Assembly (NCBI GenBank): GCA_963789265.1
Contig: CAWBKB010000001.1
Location: 768,001 to 832,000 of the forward strand
Source of the DNA: an uncultured delta proteobacterium
Lineage (GTDB): Bacteria > Desulfobacterota > Desulfomonilia > Desulfomonilales > Desulfomonilaceae
Direction of reading: 5' to 3'
Length of the DNA stretch: 64,000 bases
Positions within the stretch are counted from its first letter, which is position 1; every line of letters starts with the position of its first letter. A program made the translations under genes and the position numbers. The notes below the pieces were generated by a model. That model saw nothing but the letters and a program-made list of their open reading frames with translations. It had not been told where the DNA came from and did not search any database. This document shows positions 1-9,156 of the stretch, piece after piece.

Positions 1-125
1 CCCTGGGCGACCGCCGGTCGCCCCTACAGTCCCCGGATCGAAGTCAGGGGTGATCCCACACGGAACGCGGGATGCCCCACCATATCCTCGCGAGGATTGT
101 CACTTGTTTGATGGCGCACCGGTAT
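1..125. repeat. Composite dispersed REP/MITE-like repeat (GTAG-type REP + CCCCGGATCGAAGTC motif + ATCCC..GGGAT hairpin), truncated by the window start
   Basis: Aligns by eye with 35166-35310 (shared gcccctacag..ccccggatcgaagtc..gggatgcc.caccatatcctcgc..ggattgt); tail ttgtcact.gtttga.ggcgca also seen at 3186-3210. Confidence 0.8.
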
Positions 126-279
126 AAGAATACGTCACACCAGGTTTTATGATCCGACCTTAAGTTATCTATGAATGTCAGTCCGGGAGCGCGGAAATTT
201 ATTGCTGAGAGTCATGGACGGCTTGGGGATGCCGATTCCTCCGATAGGAATTCCGGGAAGCGGCTGGATTCCGAGCCTG

Positions 280-2295
280 CTATTTTATGGGCGTACCGGC
301 AGGAATGCTCGGATCCACCTTACAGATTGCGACCTTTCCATCTTTGTCCGCGGCCGCGAGGATCATACCGTGGCTTGTGCCGAATCTCATCTTTCTCGGT
401 TTGAGATTGGCAACGACCAGCACGGTTTCCCCTACCAATTCCGAAGGTTCATAAGATGCTTTAATGCCGGCCAAAACGATGCGGCTTTCACGGCCCAGAT
501 CCACTTCCAGCTTAAGGAGCCGGTCTGAGTTCTCGACCGTGTCTGCTGACTTGACCTTTGCTGCTCGGATGTCTATCTCGGAAAAATCCTCGATGGTAAT
601 CTCATCTTTAAAGGGCGGCGCCTCAGGTGCCTCCTCTGCTTCTTCGTCGGTACCGCTTTGAAGGGCCGATTCCACCAGCTTTTCCATTGCCCGTGGTTCG
701 AGGCGTTCGAGGAGTTTATCAAAAGTCCCTATTTCGCGATTCTCCAAATTAAACGTTGCATCCTCCCAGGTGAGATCTCCCAGTTGCAGGATTTCTTCGA
801 CTCTACGGCAGTACGAGGGAAGGATGGGCTTCAGCAGGACTGTAATTATTCCTATGCAGTTCACCGCGAAGGTGAGATCGTTCCTTGCCCGATCTTGGTC
901 GGTCTTGATCGCGGTCCACGGAGCATTTTGCTGAATGTAATTGTTGGCAAGGTCTGAGATAGATAGGATGCTGCGTGTGACATGGTTGAAACGAAGTTTC
1001 GCATAATCGGTCCTGGCCCTATCGACGTAACCTTCGATCTCCTGCACGAGTGTATGCGCTGAATCGGGCAAGCTCCCGAGTCGCGAGTCCAGCCTCTTGT
1101 TGAGAAAACCGACCGTACGGCTGATGAGATTGGTGATATTGTTCACAAGTTCCGCATTGGTTCGGTTCACAAACTCTTCTATGTTCAAGTCGAGATCGTC
1201 GATGGAGTCACTCATCTTGGTCGAATAATAGTAGCGGAGATACCATGGGTTCAGAGAATCCGCGAACTTTCGAGCTGTTATGAAGGTTCCCCGGCTCTTG
1301 GACATTTTGCGCCCGTCGATGGTGAGAAAACCGTGGACATGGACGGCGGTCGGGGTTCGATACTCGGCGGCCTTCAGTATTGCCGGCCAAAACAAGGTAT
1401 GGAAATACGCTATGTCCTTGCCGATAAAGTGATGAATCTCCGTGTCGGCCGAAGGGTCCATCCAGTAGTCTTGGACTTCTCTGTTCCCTACACGGGCGCA
1501 ATAGTGCTCGGTAGCAGCGATGTACCCTATGGGAGCATCCAACCACACATAGAAATATTTGTTCTCTTCTCCCGGGATCTTGAACCCGAAATAAGGCCCA
1601 TCCCTGGAAATGTCCCAGTCCTGAAGGCCCTCTTCGATCCAGGTATTAACAAAAGCTCGGACTTCAGCTTGCAAATGTCCGGGTTCCACGATCCAATGGC
1701 TCAGGAAATCGCTGAAGTCTTTGAGTTGGAAGAAGAAGTGCTTGGAGGTTCGGAGTGAGGGTGTGGCTCCGCATATCGCGCATCTCGCGTCGAGTAATTC
1801 CGTCGGCCGATATATAGCACCGCATACCTCGCACACGTCCCCATATTGATCGGCGGCTCCGCACTTGGGACACGTCCCCTTAATGTATCTATCGGGGAGG
1901 AAACGCCCGCAGGTATCGCAATAGAATTGCTCGATTTCACGCGTGCTGATATGGCCCTTATCCAGGGCTTTCAGATAGATAGTCTCACAATGGCGCCGAT
2001 TTTCGGGTGAATCAGTGGTGTAGAATTCGTCAAATCCCACTTCAAATTCGTCAAAATCCCTTTTGTGCCTTTCGTGGAACTCATGAACGAGCTGTTGGGG
2101 GCTGATCCCTCTTTTGGTCGCGTTGATCTCGATGGGAGTGCCGTGCGCATCCGACGCGCACACGTAGATCACGTCCTCTCCTATGAGGCGAAGAAATCTC
2201 ACATAGATGTCAGTCTGAATGTATTCCACGAGGTGCCCCAGGTGTACGTCGCCGTTGGCGTAGGGAAGGGCGCTCGTGACGAGGAACTTTGGCAA
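280..2295 (-). CDS. metG: Methionyl-tRNA synthetase with C-terminal tRNA-binding (Trbp111-like) domain
   Basis: ALPYANGDVHLGH (HIGH-like), KMSKS, two Zn knuckles, YVWLDAPIGY, C-terminal OB domain (ANLKPRKMRFGTSHGM). Confidence 0.98.
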   Translation of the reverse strand: MPKFLVTSALPYANGDVHLGHLVEYIQTDIYVRFLRLIGEDVIYVCASDAHGTPIEINATKRGISPQQLVHEFHERHKRDFDEFEVGFDEFYTTDSPENRRHCETIYLKALDKGHISTREIEQFYCDTCGRFLPDRYIKGTCPKCGAADQYGDVCEVCGAIYRPTELLDARCAICGATPSLRTSKHFFFQLKDFSDFLSHWIVEPGHLQAEVRAFVNTWIEEGLQDWDISRDGPYFGFKIPGEENKYFYVWLDAPIGYIAATEHYCARVGNREVQDYWMDPSADTEIHHFIGKDIAYFHTLFWPAILKAAEYRTPTAVHVHGFLTIDGRKMSKSRGTFITARKFADSLNPWYLRYYYSTKMSDSIDDLDLNIEEFVNRTNAELVNNITNLISRTVGFLNKRLDSRLGSLPDSAHTLVQEIEGYVDRARTDYAKLRFNHVTRSILSISDLANNYIQQNAPWTAIKTDQDRARNDLTFAVNCIGIITVLLKPILPSYCRRVEEILQLGDLTWEDATFNLENREIGTFDKLLERLEPRAMEKLVESALQSGTDEEAEEAPEAPPFKDEITIEDFSEIDIRAAKVKSADTVENSDRLLKLEVDLGRESRIVLAGIKASYEPSELVGETVLVVANLKPRKMRFGTSHGMILAAADKDGKVAICKVDPSIPAGTPIK

Positions 2296-2337
2296 AATTC
2301 ACTCCTGTTTTGCTTGGTTTTGAGCTGCGAGGGGCAT

Positions 2338-2748
2338 TTACTCGGGTACTATTTCGAGGGCTTCAAGGTTTGGGTCTTTTTCCTTGTCAATCTTAAAAAC
2401 CTTGGCTTTCATCACAATGGTTTCCATCTCCTTCAGGGTGTCCAAGACCTTTGCTTTGTCCTTTTTCATCCGAACCTTATTAAGGGTAATGTAGCTGACA
2501 CGATCAGCCACTATGAAGTTAACGTAATCATCTCCCAACGGACACGGAAGGTCCCCTTTCTTGTAGTATCGCACCGAGATTACGATCACCTTGTCGAGAA
2601 ATTTCGTCGGATTCTCTGTCAAGGTTACGATAGTCAAGTTTTCGTTCAGATTTCTATAGATTCCTCCCTTGAGATAGTTGCCAGCGCTGCAAGCCGTGAT
2701 GGCGAAACATGCAAAGAGAATCGCAAGAAGTCTGTTATGAGAGGCCAT
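2338..2748 (-). CDS. Hypothetical lipoprotein
   Basis: 136-aa ORF with signal peptide and lipobox-like ITAC, co-oriented upstream of metG. Confidence 0.75.
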   Translation of the reverse strand: MASHNRLLAILFACFAITACSAGNYLKGGIYRNLNENLTIVTLTENPTKFLDKVIVISVRYYKKGDLPCPLGDDYVNFIVADRVSYITLNKVRMKKDKAKVLDTLKEMETIVMKAKVFKIDKEKDPNLEALEIVPE

Positions 2749-3116
2749 ACCCTATCTTTCGTGACACTACTTACACGGTCGTACAGCATAGAGTAGAGGG
2801 GTAGGAAAGTCAAAAAGATTTGATTTAACCGAAGAAACGGAAGTCCAGTGCAGGGTGTGGACCGCTCGCGGCAGAGCGTCGTGCAGTATTGTTCTTTCGC
2901 CAATTCCGAATCCTTTCCGAGCTGATGCGGAGCGCATTCCTCTCACATCAAGGGAATGTCAAAAGGTCCGCAAACTAAAAAAATCGTCTACAAGACCCTC
3001 TATCAGAATTGCCTGATACTGATTCGCTTCCATGTACGTGACACCATATTTCCGGCATGGGCGGGTGTCAAACCAGCTCTTACATGTCGTCATGTCCACG
3101 TACACGGGCATCAATT

Positions 3117-3210
3117 GTAGGGGCAGACCTATGTGTCTGCCCTGGGCGGACACGCGGGTCCGCCCCTACCAAATATTCTCTAAGGTTGTCACTCGTTTGA
3201 CGGCGCATTG
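3117..3210. repeat. GTAG-type REP doublet
   Basis: gtaggggcagac..gtctgccc tgggcggac..gtccgcccctac (3117-3169) plus tail shared with the 1-125 repeat. Confidence 0.8.
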
Positions 3211-3613
3211 ATACGAGACGGGATTGTACCGAACCGCGCGCTGTCTCGCCAATCCTAGAATCCTAAACCCACCCATCGGGTCAGGTGCTACGATCCATTC
3301 TTCGTTTGAAATCGGGTGCCGATTACGCAGGACCGCGCATTGACCGGTCAGGTGCGGCCGTGTGCTTCGTCCGGTCCGACCGTGTTATGCTGTAGACGCA
3401 GGTCCAATCGCCTCTCTTCACGCACTGAGTCTGCTTGACTCTTCCGTCTCCTACGCCGCAAATATACAAAATGCCTTCAAAAACTCCCTCAATCAGGGCA
3501 CAATAGTAACTCGGGGATGAAGTTTGGTTTCTCCCCCTTTCCTTGAAAGAAGAAACTACCTTTAGTTTCTCCGCATACCTACTCGAATGTGCCAGGATCA
3601 AATATATTTTTCT

Positions 3614-3659
3614 TTGTTGCAACAACGAGTTTGACAAGTCCGCTTTTCGGTGCTAAAAG
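3614..3659 (+). promoter_or_regulatory. Candidate sigma70 promoter with upstream palindromic operator
   Basis: TTGTTGCAACAA palindrome 3614-3625; TTGACA 3631-3636, 17-bp spacer, TGnTAAAAG ending 3659. Confidence 0.4.
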
Positions 3660-4157
3660 TATCAATAGCGATGAAGTGAGACTATATTCAGAAAAACTTC
3701 ATCCTGGGATCTTCCCCCGAAGATAGTACCGGCCTTAAGAAATTGACTTAAACCATCTAAACTGACCCTTGAGTTGTATGGCCCTTCGTCGAAGGGATTT
3801 CTTGGCCTGAAAGTTTTTTTATCATAGGGCCTCTTTGGGGATCGAACTTTTACTTTGCTGGAATGTCATCATCAACAAGGGCGGGCTTTCTAGAGTTCAA
3901 TCCGTGGCGCATATAGTTAGGAATCAGGTCTTAGGGGCGCGTCGCGGCTCAAATGCTCCCCGCGGTGAGGAGTTGGTGATCACTCTTTGCATCCGGCTAT
4001 AGAACGCACTTGAAATTGTGACGTGAGGTCCGCGAGGGACTTCACCCTCGCCCTCCCAGGGCTGTGCCGGCGGTATATTAAAGCAACCCGTGAAACGCCA
4101 AGTCATTGAGATTTCGCATCAAGTTATCTCGCAAGCGCACATGTTGCCTAAAAACAG

Positions 4158-4186
4158 TTGACAACATCGGTGCGACCCAATATAGA
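4158..4186 (+). promoter_or_regulatory. Sigma70 promoter upstream of the Zn-finger microprotein
   Basis: TTGACA (4158-4163) - 17 bp - TATAGA (4181-4186). Confidence 0.55.
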
Positions 4187-4300
4187 CCGGCCTTCACCTC
4201 GAACACCAGCGTGGAGGGAAGTTTTTTATCAGCCCCCTTCGTAAGAAACGGGTGGACCCGTAACACAGAGTGGCCTAGAAGAGGCCAAGGAGGAAGTATT

Positions 4301-4507
4301 TTGGAAAGATGTAAGACCTGTGGCAAAGAGTACACTGCTAATCAAACCATGACGTATTCAGTGTACGGCTACTGTTCGTGGGACTGCCTCATGAACAAAT
4401 CACACCGCTACAACAACCAGAACAGACCTAATCGCCGAAACAACGGGCAACGCAACGAGCAACGCAACGAACCGCGGCATCGTTCAAAGTGGGTTCAAAA
4501 CTACTGA
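4301..4507 (+). CDS. 68-aa Zn-finger microprotein (CxxC..YCSxxC) with N/Q/R-rich tail
   Basis: AAGGAGG RBS just upstream of TTG at 4301; MERCKTCGKEY...YGYCSWDC; C-terminal part of ORF 4106..4507. Confidence 0.7.
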   Translation: MERCKTCGKEYTANQTMTYSVYGYCSWDCLMNKSHRYNNQNRPNRRNNGQRNEQRNEPRHRSKWVQNY

Positions 4508-4936
4508 TGTGACCACAGATGGAATCACCTGATTTTGGGCCCTCTCATCGAACGTCCGGAACGTGGATCCGAAATGGTAATGACGGGGCGTAGGCAGCAT
4601 ACAAATTGGTCGGCATGATTTTTCTTTTGCCGCCCGTCGCTGAATCGACAGGCTTCCACACTCAGAGAAAAAGACAAAACTGGGCATCGGGTGGATCCCG
4701 GCGGCAATGCGCCCTGCCGGAACCGAAATCCTGACAGCCGAGTACTGAAGCAATGAACGTGCATTTGCCTTCAATTTGGACGTACGGGGGAGAATAGCGC
4801 CCATCGGCGTAGAAAATTCCGAATACACCGGTATTAGTATGTCGGCCGCGGTTGTGACACTTGAGAACTTTGGACAAAGGGGCCATTCCACTACTATACG
4901 GTTTTTCGTGTCTCCGGTTTCTCGCAGGAAAAGACC

Positions 4937-6424
4937 TTGAGCCAGCTTACAGTTGAGAACGTCGTGAAGGAGATAGACGCGGTTCATCGTGAACTTGCTC
5001 GCTTGTCGGTAGATCAACTCCGAGGTGTGCCTTCTGCCGTGAACATACTCGATATCATCGAGTCTCACCCAATTCCCCTGAGACCTAAGACCGTAACATT
5101 TCTTCGCAAAGCTATGAGAGCGGCGGAAAGCATAGAGGCAGCGCGGCGAATAGATCGAATCATCTTCGGATGTATGGATCTGGCGGTGGAAGAACAGACA
5201 GCCTCCCTTGAAGACATGCTTAAGTTCTATCTTGAGCGAGGATGGATGCATGTGGGGACTGAAAAGATCCCCGCCTTGGAGGTCGTCCTGTGGCTGCAGG
5301 TTCAGTCGGACTTTAGCAAGCGGGAGATAATGCAAAAAGAGAACACGATTTTCCTCAAGGGAATTGTGAATCCCATGCTGTTGGGGATTCTCGAACTCTC
5401 CATACGAACCGTGGCTCAGCAATTTGGCTTCGAGAACTACGCGCGGTTCTCGGAGGCCAAGAAGCAGGTTTCCTTTGACGAGCAGGCCCGGATCTTCTTG
5501 AATTACCTCGACAAGACTTCAGGAACTTACCGTAAAAATATGGCTCCCTGGGTAGAAGAGAAGATCGGCAAGCCCTTTGAGAATCTGAGCCGTTATCATG
5601 CCCTGTATCTCTTGCGTATCCAAAGATTTGACAGTTTTTTCCCGGTGTCCCGACTCAAGACGATCGTCGGCGATACCTTCAAGGGCTTAGGTTTTGATTT
5701 ATCGTCACGATCCGACGTTATCGCGCACACTTCCAACTCGCCGGCGAAGAACCCCAACGGCATGTGCATCGGCGTAGAGATACCCGGGGAAGTGCACGTG
5801 CTTATGAAGCCGGTGGGTGGACTCATAGACGTGGAGACGCTGCTGCATGAAACCGGCCACGCTTTCTTCTTGAGCCACTTCGATCCGTCACTTCCTATCG
5901 AAGATCGGCGTCTCTACCGTTCCACGGGACTCGACGAAGCGTTTGCCTTTCTTTTCATGGACCTAATAGACAATCCTGCTTGGTTGACCGGGACGGCGGA
6001 GATGCCCGCAAAGGAAGCGGATGCGCTGGTCAGACGTGTGCGGACCAAACGATTATGTCTGGTGCGTCGCTACATTGGCAAGTTTCTGGCAGAAAAAGAG
6101 TTCCACGAAACAGGAGACATCAAGAATACGGACTCCTATTGTCGGCACCTCAACGCAGCAACCGGTTTCGTATACGAGCCCGCGGGCTATCTTGTCGACA
6201 TGGAGCCTGACTTCTATGCGCTTGACTATTTGCATGGTTGGGCGGCCGCTCATGTGCTTCGAGGCTTTCTTGAGGCGCACTTCGGAGCGAAATGGTTCCA
6301 GAGGGCCGAGGCCGGAGCGTTCTTGCGGGAAATCGCAGCATCCGGGCGTCGGAATTCAGTGGACCATGTCATTCAGTCCTTCTGCGGTGAGCCTCCGCGA
6401 CTTCCCAATTTTTCCGATAATTGA
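4937..6424 (+). CDS. Zincin metallopeptidase, M3/M32-like
   Basis: LLHETGH (HExxH) and downstream DEAFA glutamate ligand; 495 aa. Confidence 0.75.
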   Translation: MSQLTVENVVKEIDAVHRELARLSVDQLRGVPSAVNILDIIESHPIPLRPKTVTFLRKAMRAAESIEAARRIDRIIFGCMDLAVEEQTASLEDMLKFYLERGWMHVGTEKIPALEVVLWLQVQSDFSKREIMQKENTIFLKGIVNPMLLGILELSIRTVAQQFGFENYARFSEAKKQVSFDEQARIFLNYLDKTSGTYRKNMAPWVEEKIGKPFENLSRYHALYLLRIQRFDSFFPVSRLKTIVGDTFKGLGFDLSSRSDVIAHTSNSPAKNPNGMCIGVEIPGEVHVLMKPVGGLIDVETLLHETGHAFFLSHFDPSLPIEDRRLYRSTGLDEAFAFLFMDLIDNPAWLTGTAEMPAKEADALVRRVRTKRLCLVRRYIGKFLAEKEFHETGDIKNTDSYCRHLNAATGFVYEPAGYLVDMEPDFYALDYLHGWAAAHVLRGFLEAHFGAKWFQRAEAGAFLREIAASGRRNSVDHVIQSFCGEPPRLPNFSDN

Positions 6425-6810
6425 TTTCGGAATTATTCACTTGACACGACCAACCTTCTGATGTAAATCCTACCCCAGTCGAAGTGCCCTCGCAAGAATT
6501 AAATGAAGCGGGAAGGCCCGCGCGCAAGTATGCGAATTGGTTCTCATTTTTCATTGACATTGTACTGAATGTTTGATTTAAGGCTCATAACGAACGGAAC
6601 CGAGTGACCTTTTGCTTGGCGGCAATCACTCGGTTCAGAAAGGCGGTGCGATAACTTTTTTGAGGGGGGGGGCTAGAAAAAGGTACTCTTTCTTTTTCAA
6701 CCGAACCGGCGATTTGCGTTCATCGGTTCGTATCCCTTAAGTTTTGTCTAGTTGCTTGAGACGTAATTGTCAAGCAATTTCGGCTTGAGGCAATAGTAAA
6801 GGACAAGACA

Positions 6811-7128
6811 ATGATCTCTGAAACCTGGCTTGATTACGTACAGTCTATAGACCTTCTTGAAGGTGAATTTTGTGACCCCGTTGACAAAACACGTAGCATC
6901 ATTGCTCCCCAGCCAAAACACGTGTGGGAGCGGGCCTTTACCCCTGAATGGCTTGAAAAGTATTCAGTTCCGACCATTATAATAGATGACTATTCCGTCA
7001 ACGACCTTGATTCAATGAGCGAGATAACCTTAGCGCTCGAAATGCTGCTTCGACTGGTGTCTAATGACTATGATGAGGTTACTTTTGGAGAGCCACATCC
7101 GCTTCCGCCTGTAGCTGCAACGGAGTAG
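6811..7128 (+). CDS. Acidic hypothetical protein (IS cargo)
   Basis: 105-aa ORF with AAAGGA RBS, followed by a hairpin terminator; 21 D/E versus 6 K/R. Confidence 0.65.
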   Translation: MISETWLDYVQSIDLLEGEFCDPVDKTRSIIAPQPKHVWERAFTPEWLEKYSVPTIIIDDYSVNDLDSMSEITLALEMLLRLVSNDYDEVTFGEPHPLPPVAATE

Positions 7129-7141
7129 TTTGTATAGTGTT

Positions 7142-7186
7142 AGGGGCCGCATAGTTCCTGTGCAAGTTCACGCGGCCCCTTCTTTC
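7142..7186. terminator. Hairpin between convergent cargo genes
   Basis: aggggccgc (7142-7150) / gcggcccct (7172-7180) followed by pyrimidine tract. Confidence 0.55.
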
Positions 7187-7187
7187 T

Positions 7188-8928
7188 CTAAAGCAGCTTC
7201 CCCTGCTCTGGGCTTAGTTCTTTATATTTTCGTTCAGCCTTCTTGAATGTGGTCACTAACATACGCGGATACTTAATCTGTGCGCCGGCAAGCAACTCAG
7301 CGATAGTGACAATTTGGATCTTCGGAACGGTATGTTCCTTAACAAGGTGTTCGGGGGAGTAATACCCCGCCGCGAGAGCTTCTTTTTTCATAGGACCCGT
7401 AGCTAGTTCGAGCGTGACAAACACGCCAATGACAGCCTTTTCGCGATCTACAACGGCCTTCAAATCCCGTATTTGGCTTGCGTTCACGTGCCCGCTCTTG
7501 ACCTGAACAATGATCTTCTTGGCTTTTCCGCTTCCGTCGTCAAAGAAGTTGATATATCCATCAATGCCTGAATCCGCACCTTTCTTCTTGTCCTGAGCAG
7601 GACGCGCCCTCCACAAGACTGAGTGCCCACCACTCGAATTGATACCGGTCTTGAAGAGCAAGGGCCTTCGCACTAGACAAGTCTTTAGGAGAGCCCAGGA
7701 CCTCGTAGGGGGAAAGCTCAGTTGCGAACGTATCTTGAAGACGGTTCCTGATAAGCGCAATTGCGAGGTGGGTGATATCAATCCCGATCCAGCGTCTATG
7801 TAATCGCTCGGCAACATTGATCGTGGTTCCGCAACCACAGAAAGGATCGAGTACGATATCGCCTTCAATGCTAGAAGCTTTGATTATGCGTTCTAGGAGC
7901 GCCTCAGGTTTTTGTGTAGGGTAGCCGAGGCGCTCTTGGGAACCAGCAACAATAGGACCCAAGTCTGTCCATACGTCCTGAAGGGGCACACCAGGCATTT
8001 CGTCAAGAAATCGCTTGTACTCAGGCATTCCATCAAAAGTGTGCCGGAGGCGTCCGTCCAGGGCAAATTTCTTCATGTTCTCCTTTGAATACGCCCAATA
8101 TCGACCTTTATATGGACGGACAGCCGCATATTCCCAGCCCTCCTTAGGGTCTAGGTACTCATCCAGTAGGTCAGCAATCCACCGCTCGTGACTTCCTGCA
8201 TGCTTCTTGACTCGCCATCCATAATTGGTGTCGCCTCCGGGTCGCGCGGCAGTGAGATCACCGCGTCGAAACCTGCGTCCGGTCTCTTCGTCGATGAGGC
8301 GATAGTCTCGACCGACGTACGGTTCATTGTATTCTGTGAACTGGGGGTTCCAGATTGTTTCTTGTCCGCATGTGTAATAGAGCAAGACGTCATGGATGTG
8401 ACCGTAGTTCTTCAGTCCCTGCTTGGTATCGCTATGAGCACTGCTTCGCTTCCAGATTAACTCAGAGCGGAAAAGTTCCGGTCCGAACACCGAATCCATC
8501 AGAAGCTTGATATAGTGGCTCGTCGTCGGATCGCAGTGAAGATAAATGCTGCCAGTCGGTTTCAAGATGCGACGCAACTCCACAAGCCTCGCGGCCATCA
8601 TGACAAGGTAGGCCATCATGTCGTTTGTGCCAAGAAAGCCCCTTAATGCCTGGATTAAGTCAGAGAGCTTCTTTGAGGCGTTAATTACAAGTTCATGATA
8701 AGTTTAGTTAGATTCGTCTCCCCATTCCCATGTATCATCGAATGCTGCTATTTGGGCTTCAGAGTGCGATCCGTTTTTCTCTCCGAACAGCACGTTGTAG
8801 GTAGCTTTACTGTTGAACGGCGGATCGAGGTAGATCAGATCAACAGACTCATCGGCAACATACTCTTTGAGGATTTGTAGGTTATCTCCAAAGTAGAGCT
8901 TATTCTTCCAAGCCGTTTCGATGCTCAC
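7188..8928 (-). pseudogene. N4/N6 DNA methyltransferase (beta class) fused to a C-terminal Mrr-like PD-(D/E)xK domain; interrupted
   Basis: YLDPPF motif [17 protein letters not shown] motif I, then GIDG..IVQVKSG; in-frame TAA at 8704-8706 and +1 frameshift near 7607-7609 join ORFs 8704..8928, 7561..8619 and 7188..7868. Confidence 0.88.
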
Positions 8929-9119
8929 GTAACCGCCTCACGAGCTTTCTTCTTACGTTTCCGTTCCTTTTTTTCTTCTCTTTCCCTCTTTTCCTGCTCC
9001 CATAGCGGCTTTGGGTCCGCCGACATTACGCACCTTATCAACTCTTCCAGGGTCATCCCCTCCGACGAGAGGCGTTTCAGTCTCTCAGACCTCTTTTTCC
9101 TTTCGGTTCTCTTCTCCAT
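8925..9119 (-). CDS. Small highly charged protein downstream of the transposase, coupled to the MTase by a GTGA overlap
   Basis: 64-aa K/R/E-rich ORF; its stop overlaps the GTG start of the MTase. Confidence 0.6.
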   Translation of the reverse strand: MEKRTERKKRSERLKRLSSEGMTLEELIRCVMSADPKPLWEQEKREREEKKERKRKKKAREAVT

Positions 9120-9156
9120 CCGGCCTTTCTCCTACCAGAAAGTCTCTCTCTTCTTC

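Noticed and set aside
171..2065. Many + strand and alternate-frame ORFs overlapping metG (and similar shadows across the window)
   Set aside because: Antisense or out-of-frame shadows of well-supported genes, with no motifs
2959..3153. 64-aa ORF
   Set aside because: Starts inside a REP repeat; translation resembles repeat-derived sequence
4484..5422. 312-aa minus-strand ORF
   Set aside because: Half of it is antisense to the peptidase; no motif or RBS
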